DNA of 64,000 bases. Source: a virus. Position 1 is the stretch's first letter. The number at the start of each line of letters is the position of its first letter. This document shows, piece by piece, positions 1 through 10,094 of this stretch. The notes beneath the pieces were generated by a model, which was given only the letters and a program-made list of their open reading frames with translations, was not told where the DNA came from and did not search any database. The stretch lies in the UHGV virus genome UHGV-1455077; one strand, written 5' to 3'. The position numbers and the translations under genes are program-made.

Positions 1-2
1 TG

Positions 3-248
3 AATCCTTATTCAGGTTTATTTGAATTATTTGCTGAACAATTAATGTGCAATGGTAAATTTGTTCTTTCAAAAGAAGGTTCTTGGGTTGCATATTATTC
101 ACTTTTAACAGGTGAACAAATTTTCAAAAAATATCGTAAAGATATTACAAATGAAGATTATGATATGATTATGAAAGATTATGTTAATTTTCAAAATAAT
201 AAATTTGATTTAAAACCTGTTGAAAAAAATCCATTAGAATTTGAATAA
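3..248 (+). CDS. hypothetical protein, 5' end outside window (frame 3 is open from position 3; the track ORF 45..248 is its internal Met)
   Basis: No stop codon between position 3 and 248 in this frame; AT-rich codon usage typical of the window. Confidence 0.4.
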   Translation, partial: NPYSGLFELFAEQLMCNGKFVLSKEGSWVAYYSLLTGEQIFKKYRKDITNEDYDMIMKDYVNFQNNKFDLKPVEKNPLEFE

Positions 249-255
249 AAAACTC

Positions 256-285
256 TTGACAATTCTATTTTATATGATAAGTTAA
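256..285 (+). promoter_or_regulatory. sigma70-like promoter (TTGACA at 256-261 with an AT-rich -10 downstream)
   Basis: cttgacaattctattttatatgataagtt upstream of RBS aggaga and ATG at 327. Confidence 0.5.
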
Positions 286-326
286 TATCCGTAAGTGGTT
301 ATTAACTTATTTTTTAGGAGAAAATA

Positions 327-548
327 ATGACAGTTAGTATTTTTTGTATTTTAATTGTTTTGGGTATTGTATGTTGTTCATATCTAAAATATAAAAGTTG
401 GGTTTCTCACGAAGATTTCCGTGAAAAACTTAAAAATGATAAGGGTTTTATGAAATTGTATGAAGAATACAAAAATTTTGTAGAACAGAATCCTGATTTT
501 AATAAACATAAAACTGAAATTGAAAACTTTATGAAAGGAAAAAATTAA
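327..548 (+). CDS. small membrane protein (N-terminal TM helix)
   Basis: MTVSIFCILIVLGIVCCSY hydrophobic N-terminus; RBS aggaga; ATGA overlap with the downstream gene. Confidence 0.55.
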   Translation: MTVSIFCILIVLGIVCCSYLKYKSWVSHEDFREKLKNDKGFMKLYEEYKNFVEQNPDFNKHKTEIENFMKGKN

Positions 549-1702
549 TGATTAAACAATTTGTGGGTATTTTTGGTCTTATTGCTGTTGTCGTATTGGT
601 TTGGCTATCTGGCTCGTTGTTTGAAACAAATAAATTTGGTAATTATCAGATTAAACAAGCCGCAATGACTGGTACAATTTCTGTAAGAAATGAACCTGGT
701 TTCTATTGGCAGGGTGGTGGTTCAATTGTAACGTATCCTGTATCAGAAGATGTTAATTTTGAAACAGAAAATTTGAAAGTAAGATTTAATGATGGTTCAG
801 TTGCAAGTGTAGTTGGTACTGTAAAATTTAAGTTGCCAACTGACCCTGAAAAGCAGAAAGAATTGCATAGAGATTATGGAAATTATGATAATGTTGAAAA
901 GAACTTGATTGTTCGTAATGTTAGTGAAGCTTTGTCTAATACTGCAACTTATATGGTAGCTGAAGATTCTTATGCATCAGGACGTGCTGTATTCTCTGAT
1001 TTGGCAATGCAACAGTTGAAAGATGGTATTTTTAAGACATCAACTAAAACTGTTGAAGTAATTGATACTGATGGAACTAAATTTAAAAAGAAAGAAATTA
1101 GAGTAGTTTATGATGAAAATGGTAATCCTGTAATTCAGAAACCTTCTTTGCTTAAACATTATGGTATTGAAATCTTGCAGTTTGTTGTAAATGACTTTGA
1201 ATATGATGAAAAAATTAAGGATTTGATTGCTCGTAAAAAAGATGCTGAACAGAATAAAGTTGTAGCTATGGCAAATGCTGAAAAAGCAAAGCAGGATGCT
1301 ATTACTGCCGAAGAACAAGGTAAAGCTCGTGTAGCAGAAGCTCGTGCTAATGCAGAAGTTGAAAAAATTACTGCGGTAGTTGAAGCCCAGAAGAAAGCAG
1401 AAGTTGCAGAATTGGAAGCAAAACAGGCAAAATTTGAAGCCCAGAAAATTGCTGAAAAGGGTAAGGCTGAAGCAGAAGTTGCACGGCAGAAGGTTGCCGC
1501 TGGTTTGACACCATTGGAAAAAGCAACTCTTGAAAAAGAAACAGCTATTGGTGTAGCACAGCAGTTGGCTAATGTTAAATTCCCAGACACTATGGTTATT
1601 AGTGGTGGTTCAGATGGAAAAGCTAATCCTTGGGATGCTGTTGGTTTGAATCAGATGATGGAAATTACAGCAAAAATTAAAAACGCTAAAATGATTCAGT
1701 AA
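548..1702 (+). CDS. SPFH/band-7 (stomatin/HflKC/prohibitin-like) membrane protein
   Basis: N-terminal TM segment, SPFH-like core, C-terminal Ala/Glu/Lys-rich coiled coil (AEKAKQDAITAEEQGKARVAEARANAEVEK...). Confidence 0.65.
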   Translation: MIKQFVGIFGLIAVVVLVWLSGSLFETNKFGNYQIKQAAMTGTISVRNEPGFYWQGGGSIVTYPVSEDVNFETENLKVRFNDGSVASVVGTVKFKLPTDPEKQKELHRDYGNYDNVEKNLIVRNVSEALSNTATYMVAEDSYASGRAVFSDLAMQQLKDGIFKTSTKTVEVIDTDGTKFKKKEIRVVYDENGNPVIQKPSLLKHYGIEILQFVVNDFEYDEKIKDLIARKKDAEQNKVVAMANAEKAKQDAITAEEQGKARVAEARANAEVEKITAVVEAQKKAEVAELEAKQAKFEAQKIAEKGKAEAEVARQKVAAGLTPLEKATLEKETAIGVAQQLANVKFPDTMVISGGSDGKANPWDAVGLNQMMEITAKIKNAKMIQ

Positions 1703-1703
1703 T

Positions 1704-1730
1704 AAAAAGGTGGGAAAACCCACCTTTTTT
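1704..1730 (+). terminator. rho-independent terminator
   Basis: aaaaggtgggaaaacccacctttttt. Confidence 0.85.
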
Positions 1731-1808
1731 ACAAATAAAATTTTAATATTTGATTTTAAGATAATAAAATGATAAATTCTTTATGTAAAAAATATTAGGA
1801 GATTTTTA

Positions 1809-2045
1809 ATGACTGATGAAGATATTTACTACATATGGAATATATTAAAAGAATTTATTCAATCTAAAGATAGAGAAGAAGCATCATTGGCAATGCTAGA
1901 ATACGTTTATAATAATGATGGTTGCGTTGCTTCAATTAGAGATGCCGCTCAAGAAGAAGATGATGAATTTATAGTTAATTTAATTGATAAACATCAAGAA
2001 GATTTATTAGATGCTTATGATGATGGATATGAGGAAGATTGGTAA
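1809..2045 (+). CDS. hypothetical acidic protein
   Basis: ORF with RBS aggaga; ATGxxTAA overlap with the next gene. Confidence 0.5.
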   Translation: MTDEDIYYIWNILKEFIQSKDREEASLAMLEYVYNNDGCVASIRDAAQEEDDEFIVNLIDKHQEDLLDAYDDGYEEDW

Positions 2046-2500
2046 TGCAATATTTTCAATTTATTAAAAAAGATGAAACAAAATTAGAAGAAGTTTTAAA
2101 TTATTTTAATGATGAATATGAATTAGCCCGTGAAGAAATTAAAATTAAAGGAAGATTAAATAAATGTATTGCAGAATTACCTTCCTTATTTGAAATTAGA
2201 TTTTCTCAATTACAAGAATTAGAAGCAATTTTAGCTTATTTTAATAATAAATTAAATGGATTAAGAGGTTCAATTTATAGACAATTACAAGAACATTCAA
2301 AAAGACAGTTAAATTCAACTGATATTAAACAATATGTTGATAGTGATGAAAAAGTTCTTGCAATGCAAACAATTATTAATGAAATTGCATTAGTTAGAAA
2401 TAAATTTATTTCATTGTCAAAAGGATTTGAAACTAAAAATTGGCAGTTAAGTAATTTAACAAAATTACAATGTGCAGGCTTAGATGATATTCAAATTTAA
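2039..2500 (+). CDS. hypothetical protein
   Basis: 153-aa ORF, translationally coupled to upstream. Confidence 0.5.
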   Translation: MVMQYFQFIKKDETKLEEVLNYFNDEYELAREEIKIKGRLNKCIAELPSLFEIRFSQLQELEAILAYFNNKLNGLRGSIYRQLQEHSKRQLNSTDIKQYVDSDEKVLAMQTIINEIALVRNKFISLSKGFETKNWQLSNLTKLQCAGLDDIQI

Positions 2501-2518
2501 CTAATTTTGTGAGGAATA

Positions 2519-2929
2519 ATGAAAGTTTATACAACTGTTAAAACACATCAAAATTTTAGTAATATTGGTGTTGTTTTGTTAAGTGATAAAAATGACATAT
2601 ATATGATGAATAATTTTCAAGTTTCTGAAAAAGATAATGTCAAATCTCATATTTATGGAATTAAAAGAGCATTGAGTTTTGTTAAAAATATGAAGCTTTT
2701 ATATGCCAAAAATGATATGGAAATATTAATTCCAGAAGACATTGAATTAAAAAAATTTCAAGAAAGTATTGCAAATGATGAATATATTGTAATGGTTTCA
2801 AAACAATTAGATATTAATGTAGTATCAAAAGAAAATTTATTGCCTAATGATGATTACTTTAAAATGATTGCAAAACATCAATTAAAAAATATTATAAATC
2901 CTATTTTTAATATTAAAGAACGAGAGTAA
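2519..2929 (+). CDS. hypothetical protein
   Basis: 136-aa ORF with RBS gaggaataATG. Confidence 0.5.
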   Translation: MKVYTTVKTHQNFSNIGVVLLSDKNDIYMMNNFQVSEKDNVKSHIYGIKRALSFVKNMKLLYAKNDMEILIPEDIELKKFQESIANDEYIVMVSKQLDINVVSKENLLPNDDYFKMIAKHQLKNIINPIFNIKERE

Positions 2930-2950
2930 ATAATTAAAAAGGATATTTTT

Positions 2951-3187
2951 ATGAATAAAGAACAAGCATATTTAAGTATTATTAATGCAACTATTCGAAC
3001 ATTGAATGAATGTATTCAAAGAATAGATTCTCACGTCAGAAATTATTCTCAAACTCATCCAGTTTCTTCTAAAGAAAGTGATGAACATATGAATTATGTT
3101 GAAAATGTTATTAAAGTTTTAACTCGTATTGCTAAAGTTGTTAGTTCAAGAGCAAATACTGTATATAAAGCAGGAAAATATGATTAG
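2951..3187 (+). CDS. hypothetical protein
   Basis: 78-aa ORF. Confidence 0.4.
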   Translation: MNKEQAYLSIINATIRTLNECIQRIDSHVRNYSQTHPVSSKESDEHMNYVENVIKVLTRIAKVVSSRANTVYKAGKYD

Positions 3188-3253
3188 ACTTAATAAATAT
3201 TTAAAGATAATGAAATAAATTGTTATCTGTATAATTTATTTAAGGAGAAATTT

Positions 3254-3985
3254 ATGGGAAGACCTCTTGCTGGTTTTGGATTTTTTAATGCCGAAAAAAG
3301 ATTTGATGCTGAAGCAGAAAACTTTGAAAAAGTTAAAATTCACGCATTTTTAGAACAAGATGCTGAACCTGCTGTATGGGTAAAAAATACTCAATATGAA
3401 GTTGGTGATAAAGTTAAAAATGGTTCAAAATATTATATTTGCACAACAGCTAATTCACAAGCAACATTTAAAGCAAAAGAAACTGCTCCTGCCGCTTGGG
3501 TTGCCGCAACTGCATATAATGTTGGTGATAAAGTAACAAATAGTGGTTTATATTATATTTGTAAAACTGCTCATACTTCAAGTGATGACTTTGCAACTGA
3601 TTCAGCAAATTGGGATTCATACACATTAATTACCTACTGGACAGAATATACTTTAGGTGGTGGTGCAATTGAAGATGCAAAAATTATTAAACAAACAGGA
3701 TATAACAAATATTTAGTATCTGCTTCTGCTGATGTAAATCGTCAAGGTATTGTTATGTTAGTTGATAAAACTGATGCAACTGTTGCTGGAACTGCTTATA
3801 TTTCAGTAACTAAGTTAGCTGATTCATCAACTAAATATGCAAGTAAAATCGTTCGTAATGTTATTGAAACATTTGATGGTGAAGTTTTAACTTATCAATA
3901 TGATTTAACCGAAGAAGATGGCGAATTTTCAGGTGCATTTAATAAAGATAAAACAGTTGTTGAATGTTATCCAGAAGTATTTTAA
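3254..3985 (+). CDS. protein with two CBM5/12-like carbohydrate-binding repeats
   Basis: Repeats AVWVKNTQYEVGDKVKNGSKYYICTTAN and AAWVAATAYNVGDKVTNSGLYYICKTAH (W..T.Y.VGDKV.N.S.YYIC pattern); RBS aaggagaa. Confidence 0.5.
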   Translation: MGRPLAGFGFFNAEKRFDAEAENFEKVKIHAFLEQDAEPAVWVKNTQYEVGDKVKNGSKYYICTTANSQATFKAKETAPAAWVAATAYNVGDKVTNSGLYYICKTAHTSSDDFATDSANWDSYTLITYWTEYTLGGGAIEDAKIIKQTGYNKYLVSASADVNRQGIVMLVDKTDATVAGTAYISVTKLADSSTKYASKIVRNVIETFDGEVLTYQYDLTEEDGEFSGAFNKDKTVVECYPEVF

Positions 3986-4060
3986 TTAATATTTGACATT
4001 TAATCTAATTAAACCTATCATTAATTTGATAGGTTTAATTTTTAATATAAGGAAAAAATA

Positions 4061-4564
4061 ATGACAGTTAGAGTTGGTAAATTTGAAAAAATTAGTTTAG
4101 AACAATGGCATAAAGATTTTGACAACGATTCATCTAAAATTGTTGATAAAATGTTAAATGAAATTATTAAAATTCCAACCAGAGCTACAAAAGGGTCGGC
4201 AGGTTATGATATTGTTACACCATTTGATATAGATTTGCAACCAGGTGAATCAAGAAAAATCCCGACAGGATTAAAATGTCAAGTAGATAATGGTTGGTTT
4301 CTTGGTATTTTTCCAAAATCTGGTCTTGGTTTTAAATATTCGTTAAGATTAGGTAATTCAGTTGGTATTATTGATGAAGATTATCATAATAATGAAAACA
4401 ATGAAGGTCATATTTGGGTTAAAATTCAAAATGATGGATATAAAGAAGTTCATATAGATGCTGGTAAGGCATTTTGTCAAGGTATTTTTTTGCCATATGG
4501 TATTACTTATGATGATAAAACAGAAGGTGTTAGACAAGGCGGATTAGGTTCTACTAATTCATAA
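4061..4564 (+). CDS. dut: dUTP pyrophosphatase (trimeric dUTPase)
   Basis: dUTPase motifs: KGSAGYDIV, PKSGLG, GIIDEDYH, RQGGLGSTN. Confidence 0.85.
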   Translation: MTVRVGKFEKISLEQWHKDFDNDSSKIVDKMLNEIIKIPTRATKGSAGYDIVTPFDIDLQPGESRKIPTGLKCQVDNGWFLGIFPKSGLGFKYSLRLGNSVGIIDEDYHNNENNEGHIWVKIQNDGYKEVHIDAGKAFCQGIFLPYGITYDDKTEGVRQGGLGSTNS

Positions 4565-4591
4565 AAAGAGGGTTTAATAACCCTCTTTTTT
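4564..4591. terminator. bidirectional rho-independent terminator between convergent genes
   Basis: aaagagggtttaataaccctctttttt. Confidence 0.8.
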
Positions 4592-4991
4592 AATATCCAC
4601 AAGTGTACCATCTTCTTATATTTAAACCGTTACCAGAATAGAAATGAATTACAAATGAAGAATTAGTTACACTTACTATTGTTGCAGGAATATGCCAACC
4701 TGTAACAGTTTGTGACCAAGCACCATTAAATCCAGTTGTTTGAGTTATAAAATAATCAGAATTTGTATAAGGTTTGTGTAATTGAATTGTAATTTCAGAA
4801 TCAACTGCATTATAAGATTGTCCACCTTGTTCAATCCAGCCATCTGACCAAACACGATACCATTCAGTTCCTTCATTCCAAGTTTCAATGATATATTTTC
4901 TATTTTCTAAATTAATTAATCGGTTATTTATTTCATCTAATTTTGAAATTAATTCATCTACTCGTGATATAGGTAATTTACTTGTATCCAT
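4590..4991 (-). CDS. small fibre/whisker-like protein: N-terminal coiled coil plus conserved C-terminal domain (W.R.WSDGW.EQ.G ... CGY)
   Basis: Paralogue of 37183..37584 and 56649..57053; shares the YR.WSDGW.EQ motif with the C-termini of 61025..64000 proteins. Confidence 0.6.
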   Translation of the reverse strand: MDTSKLPISRVDELISKLDEINNRLINLENRKYIIETWNEGTEWYRVWSDGWIEQGGQSYNAVDSEITIQLHKPYTNSDYFITQTTGFNGAWSQTVTGWHIPATIVSVTNSSFVIHFYSGNGLNIRRWYTCGY

Positions 4992-5090
4992 TTGAATTAT
5001 CCCCTTTGTCTGTATTTATTAAATACAGACAAACTTTATAAAGAAAAAATTATACAATAAATATTATTATATTGATAGGAGAATATACTA

Positions 5091-5609
5091 ATGTTTAATG
5101 AAATAGTTACTCAATATGGTTCATCTGAACCTATTAAATCCTCTGTAACAACTTCTGAAAGTTCGGATAAAAAAATTGTTATTTCTTTTCCTTTATTGAT
5201 GAGAATTATGGAGTGGTGTCACGAAGATGCTAAAGATGATGTTGAAATGCACAAAGTAATGGAAAAATTAATAGCATTTAATGATGGTATGAATCCATTA
5301 ACTATTGATGTTTATGATTGCTTAATTGCAGATGTATCAGAAAATAATTGTCAAGATATGGTAGAACCTATGCAAACAGGTTGTTTTTCTGAATATGATA
5401 TGACTGATGCCGTTAGTGCTGTAAAAAAATCATATGATGAAATGATACCTTTAGATACCAAATCTTTTTCTTGGGAAAAAGGTTTAGATGATAATTCTAC
5501 AACAATTACATTAAATGGTGATGAAGAATGTTCTTCTGAACAACCACAAGAAGTTGATGCAGAATTAGAAGAAGAAATTCAAAATTTAATTAATTTAAGT
5601 AAATTATAA
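5091..5609 (+). CDS. hypothetical acidic protein
   Basis: 172-aa ORF with RBS taggagaa. Confidence 0.45.
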   Translation: MFNEIVTQYGSSEPIKSSVTTSESSDKKIVISFPLLMRIMEWCHEDAKDDVEMHKVMEKLIAFNDGMNPLTIDVYDCLIADVSENNCQDMVEPMQTGCFSEYDMTDAVSAVKKSYDEMIPLDTKSFSWEKGLDDNSTTITLNGDEECSSEQPQEVDAELEEEIQNLINLSKL

Positions 5610-5621
5610 TTAGGAATATTA

Positions 5622-8360
5622 ATGGCAATTAATTGGATAACACCTCAAGGAATATTAATAAATGATTATGAAGAAACACCTGTAAATAATTTATTCATAC
5701 AGGTTGAGCCAACTAATGCAATTATTGAAAAAATTGCTGGGGAATATCCAATGAATATGGATTTAAACTACGTTGAACCAGGAAAATATCAATTAGTCAG
5801 TTCAACAGGCAAATTACCAATTGTAAATGAAGAAACAAATTATTATTTCACATTAAGAGCATCTGTTGATGATGAATATTCTGACAGATGGTTTGGAATA
5901 ACAATTTTAAATAAAACAACCGATTGGAATATGCCTGAAACGGCATTTGAATATTCTGAAACATCATACGTTTCATTACAATTAAAATTATTAAATGCTC
6001 AAGGTAATGAAGAATTTTTTAAAATATCTGGTGAATTGCCACCAAATTTATTAATTAATAAAACTGGTTTAATTTATGGAATTGTAAATGAACAAGAAAA
6101 AGAAAAAACATTTTATTTTACAATTGGGGTTAGAAGAAATGATGAAGTTATTTTAACAAAAGATTTTAGTATAAAAGTTGTAAAATTATCTTCATTAAAT
6201 GAACCAATATGGATTACTGAAGCAGGTTTTTTAGGTGTATTAAATTATGATGAAGTTTCAACATTATTTGTAAAAGCATATGACCCTAATAATTTGCCAA
6301 TTACCTATACATTATCAACATCAGGAAATGATAATTTACCACCAGGTTTAACATTAGATACAAATACTGGAAAAATTAATGGTCGTTTGTCAACAAGATA
6401 TACTGATACTTGGAATTTTTCTGTTAATGTAAACAATGGAGAATATACAGTTTCCAGAGATTTTTATATTAATACAAATGTGATTTCTGAAAATAATAAA
6501 ATTGAATGGGTTTCTGAATCATTATTAGGAAATATTGCAATTGGTAATAACGTTTATATACAATTAGAAACTAATTCTAAAAAAACAGTTAATTATACTA
6601 TTGTAAGTGGTCAATTACCAGATGGATTAACATTTTCTTCAACTGGTTCAATAAACGGCGTATTATCATATCAAGATATTAAATCATATTCATTTATTGT
6701 TGAAGCATCAAATGGTTCAAATGTTATTCAAAAAGAATTTACTATTAATGTAGTTAAAGGCTTAGGTCAAAATGCATTAAAATGCTTTTATTATATTAAT
6801 AATGAATATATGGTTGAATATAATGAAATGAAAAATTCTTTTGATGTTGAAACAGCTTATCAACCATTAAATATTAAATATGATATTGCTACAAAACCTC
6901 GTATTGATATTTGTACTTTGAATTGTTTTGATAAAATTTTATTAAAACATTTATTAAACTTTAATACAACTGATACTTATCATTGGAAAAGAACAGTAAA
7001 ACAAAATTTTAATAATGAATATTCTGTATATTATAAAGAATTACAAGAAGATAATAGCGATTCTAATACATATCATATTGCTGGAAATAAAACATTTATT
7101 AAACCATCAGAAACTTCACCAACAGGTTGGGTTACAGAATATAATGATACACCAATTCAACCAAATGATACTTTAGGAAATGATTGGATTGATGGAAAAA
7201 CATATTATATTAACTCATTTAATGAAAAAATTTATATAGAATACTTAAATGATTCTATGTATTATGAAACTGAATCATTAAAAATTGTACCAAGTGGAAC
7301 ACCAATTTTTAAAGAACAAGTATTATTTCAAAATGAATTAATAGAATATCTTTATATATTAAAAGATGGTGTAAAATATTTTGTTACTAATGCGGCTGAT
7401 AATCAATTGTTAAATGTAGAAACACAAACTGTTTTAGCGGATACCCGTGAAAATATTGAACCATTAAAAGATGAAAAAACTCGTAGATGGTTCTTTATTC
7501 CAAATAGTTCATTAAGTATTGTACCAGCATCAGTATCTGGAATTCGAGATATATTGAATACTCAAATATTTGTTGAAAAAAATAATAATGAAAATGTTGT
7601 ATATGATGTTGCAACTCAAGTTATTATTGATGGAATTGATACAAGTAAGAAATTCATTATTAAATGGGATGAAAAAAGAAAAACATATTATACTGAATTT
7701 AATGGGGAAGAAGTATATTTAGATGTTTATGCAATTCTTGATACCGACCCAACAAAAACTCCAATTCAAGTTGAAGGTTTTATCAATGGAACAAATTATC
7801 AATTAGTTCGTGTATGGCAACAATTTAATAATACAGATGTTGATTATTTAAATTATTTAATATATGAAAAAGGAACTAATAAATTAGAAGAAAATATAAT
7901 TTTTGAATTAGATTGGAATCGTGGTAATGAGTTTGTGATTCAAAATGGTGTTGTTCATTTTATTAGTTACATAGATAATCCTTGGATGTATAAACCTGAA
8001 TTAAATGAATCTGTTGGTTATGGAGAAGAAATCGTATTACCTTATATTTTAGATTATGATGTAAGAGATATTGATAGTAAACCGTATATATATTTCTTTG
8101 ATAAAGCCAACGAGTCATTAATTGAATGGAAAGAAAGATATTTTCCAACTCTTGATTTATTTTATTCAAATCTTAATACAAATGTGGTATCATTATCTGA
8201 ATTAAATCAAAAAGAAAGAAAAGGTGAATATTGGACTGGTAAAAAATTTGTATTTTTTGAAGTAACATTTGAACCAATTTATAATAAAAATATTGACATA
8301 TTTGGGATTCAATTTTATAATCATAATCAACCTAATTCACCAGAATTTCAATTAATTTAG
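5622..8360 (+). CDS. large structural protein with repeated putative Ig-like (BIG/cadherin-like) domains
   Basis: Repeated ELPPNLLINKTGLIYG / LPPGLTLDTNTGKINGRLS / LPDGLTFSSTGSINGVLS motifs. Confidence 0.55.
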   Translation: MAINWITPQGILINDYEETPVNNLFIQVEPTNAIIEKIAGEYPMNMDLNYVEPGKYQLVSSTGKLPIVNEETNYYFTLRASVDDEYSDRWFGITILNKTTDWNMPETAFEYSETSYVSLQLKLLNAQGNEEFFKISGELPPNLLINKTGLIYGIVNEQEKEKTFYFTIGVRRNDEVILTKDFSIKVVKLSSLNEPIWITEAGFLGVLNYDEVSTLFVKAYDPNNLPITYTLSTSGNDNLPPGLTLDTNTGKINGRLSTRYTDTWNFSVNVNNGEYTVSRDFYINTNVISENNKIEWVSESLLGNIAIGNNVYIQLETNSKKTVNYTIVSGQLPDGLTFSSTGSINGVLSYQDIKSYSFIVEASNGSNVIQKEFTINVVKGLGQNALKCFYYINNEYMVEYNEMKNSFDVETAYQPLNIKYDIATKPRIDICTLNCFDKILLKHLLNFNTTDTYHWKRTVKQNFNNEYSVYYKELQEDNSDSNTYHIAGNKTFIKPSETSPTGWVTEYNDTPIQPNDTLGNDWIDGKTYYINSFNEKIYIEYLNDSMYYETESLKIVPSGTPIFKEQVLFQNELIEYLYILKDGVKYFVTNAADNQLLNVETQTVLADTRENIEPLKDEKTRRWFFIPNSSLSIVPASVSGIRDILNTQIFVEKNNNENVVYDVATQVIIDGIDTSKKFIIKWDEKRKTYYTEFNGEEVYLDVYAILDTDPTKTPIQVEGFINGTNYQLVRVWQQFNNTDVDYLNYLIYEKGTNKLEENIIFELDWNRGNEFVIQNGVVHFISYIDNPWMYKPELNESVGYGEEIVLPYILDYDVRDIDSKPYIYFFDKANESLIEWKERYFPTLDLFYSNLNTNVVSLSELNQKERKGEYWTGKKFVFFEVTFEPIYNKNIDIFGIQFYNHNQPNSPEFQLI

Positions 8361-8369
8361 GAGAATGAA

Positions 8370-8642
8370 ATGCCTATGATTTTTTTTGAAGCTGATAAAT
8401 TGAAAGATTTATCAAACATTGACCTTATACATAAACAACAAGAAATAGAAGAAAAACTATCTAATATTAAAAAGAATTTAATTTCACCTGATATTTTAGC
8501 ATCTATGAATATGATGAATGAATATTATAATAATGAAATTGAAAGAAGAATTATTTCTGGTGATTTAGATATGGATGAAATTGAGGAAATTGAAGAAGAA
8601 AACTTTTTTAAGAATTTAAATAATGGAAAATCAAGTAATTAA
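8370..8642 (+). CDS. hypothetical protein
   Basis: 90-aa ORF with RBS aggagaatgaaATG. Confidence 0.45.
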   Translation: MPMIFFEADKLKDLSNIDLIHKQQEIEEKLSNIKKNLISPDILASMNMMNEYYNNEIERRIISGDLDMDEIEEIEEENFFKNLNNGKSSN

Positions 8643-9153
8643 TTTAGGAAATAGAATTATTGATACTGATGGTAATGTTGTCTATTGTATAGACGCATTG
8701 ATTGAATTATTATACAATGGAGAAATACCTTCGGAAATATTATTTCCATATAATAATGAGGATGTTTTATTATTTAATAAATTTTCATATGAAAACTTTG
8801 ATGATATTTTATATAAATTGCCTGAAAAATTATTAACAACAAAAGAAAGACAAAACGATTGGTTTTTTCCTGATTATTATAAAGAAATTAATTTAGAAGA
8901 TTATTTCTTAAATTTATGTCAAACGGATATTGAAAAACAAAGAGTTATTGAAGAAACAAAATTATATAATGAAAAAGGATTTGATAATTTTTTAAGATTT
9001 TGTATATTCTTTTCTGATAAAATTAAAGAAAATAATTGGGTAATTGGCGTTGGCAGAGGTTCATCTTGTGCATCATATCTATTGTATTTGCTAAAAATAC
9101 ATTTAGTTGATTCTATAAAATATAATTTAGATATTAAAGAATTTTTAAAATAA
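8623..9153 (+). CDS. hypothetical protein
   Basis: 176-aa ORF overlapping upstream. Confidence 0.45.
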   Translation: MENQVINLGNRIIDTDGNVVYCIDALIELLYNGEIPSEILFPYNNEDVLLFNKFSYENFDDILYKLPEKLLTTKERQNDWFFPDYYKEINLEDYFLNLCQTDIEKQRVIEETKLYNEKGFDNFLRFCIFFSDKIKENNWVIGVGRGSSCASYLLYLLKIHLVDSIKYNLDIKEFLK

Positions 9154-9168
9154 TCAGGGAGAGAATAA

Positions 9169-9540
9169 ATGGATAAAGAATTTTTAAATAATTTATTTCT
9201 ATGGCTTCAAGAACTTTACAATAATACAACAGGCGGACAATTTGGTGAATATGATGAAATAGAAACATATGGTGATGTAAATGAAAATGGCTATCCTGAA
9301 ATAATTAAAATTGAAAAACGCCCAATAGAAGAATTATATGAAATTGTTGATAAGCCAGAAGGAACAAAACAAGAATTTGAGGATGAATGTTATGATGATA
9401 TTCCAACAGCTTATAAATTTTTAACTTATGAGTATTGCGACCAATGGAGAAATGGTGGTTATTCAGGAGATGATTATGCTGGACATATGTATTACCCATT
9501 GCCAGATGGTAAATTTATGAAAGTTTATTATTCCTGCTAA
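9169..9540 (+). CDS. hypothetical protein
   Basis: 123-aa ORF with RBS gggagagaataaATG. Confidence 0.45.
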   Translation: MDKEFLNNLFLWLQELYNNTTGGQFGEYDEIETYGDVNENGYPEIIKIEKRPIEELYEIVDKPEGTKQEFEDECYDDIPTAYKFLTYEYCDQWRNGGYSGDDYAGHMYYPLPDGKFMKVYYSC

Positions 9541-9542
9541 TT

Positions 9543-9624
9543 TTTTTTATTTTTCCTATTGACAAGTAATTTTTATATGTTATATTAACCTTATCAAAAA
9601 CAACAATGAAAGGTTAATAAGATG
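9543..9624 (+). repeat. promoter and 5'UTR module, copy 1 of an 82-bp exact repeat (TTGACA 9559-9564; the RBS lies in the 3' arm of an 8-bp hairpin)
   Basis: Identical to 29536-29617; ttaacctt...aaggttaa hairpin includes the RBS of the downstream ATG. Confidence 0.7.
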
Positions 9625-10080
9625 ACATTATACATTAACAAAGCACTTTACACCGATGTTCAATCTTGGAAAGTTATTGAATTGGATGAAGAAAAAGGTG
9701 AAGCAACTGTTATTGAAGTTGAAAAAAAGCCTGAAAATTTGAATTATGAGCTTGGTGGTTTTGTAGCTCATTTTAGCAATCTTAATGAAGCTTTTAGAAA
9801 TGCTCCTATTGTTGAAGTTAAAAATGCCAAACCTTTTAAATTGTATCGCAGAAAAAATGGTTGGTTTAAAAAACAAAATGTTGGTTATTCTCTTGACAAA
9901 AGGATTGTTGATTTAAATAATCTTAAAAAAGAACCAAATACAACTATTGTTGTTGATGAATTTTCAGTTCATTTTTTGAAAACAACAAAAACAGGTAAAC
10001 TTAAAGAAACATTCACAAAATTTTGTGATTTAAATGCAATGTCTGAAAATTGCAATTACTTTTACGACTACAATTTTTAG
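9622..10080 (+). CDS. hypothetical protein
   Basis: 152-aa ORF downstream of the repeated promoter module. Confidence 0.5.
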   Translation: MTLYINKALYTDVQSWKVIELDEEKGEATVIEVEKKPENLNYELGGFVAHFSNLNEAFRNAPIVEVKNAKPFKLYRRKNGWFKKQNVGYSLDKRIVDLNNLKKEPNTTIVVDEFSVHFLKTTKTGKLKETFTKFCDLNAMSENCNYFYDYNF

Positions 10081-10094
10081 TAAGGATAAAAACA

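Noticed and set aside
1040-1590. Minus-strand ORFs 1040..1318 and 1159..1590 inside the SPFH gene. Similar antisense ORFs include 7963..8169, 9305..9499, 9628..9876, 25270..25479, 40106..40405, 41188..41412, 47750..48055, 52836..53090, 58032..58291, 59233..59415 and 61609..61914
   Set aside because: They are embedded antisense or out of frame within much longer, motif-bearing genes. They are low-complexity (Ser/Phe/Ile/Leu-rich) and have no RBS. They are typical AT-rich shadow ORFs.
3254-3985. Major capsid protein
   Set aside because: There are no capsid-like features. The only recognisable elements are two CBM5/12-like W..Y.VGDKV..YYIC repeats, so it is left as a carbohydrate-binding repeat protein of unknown role.
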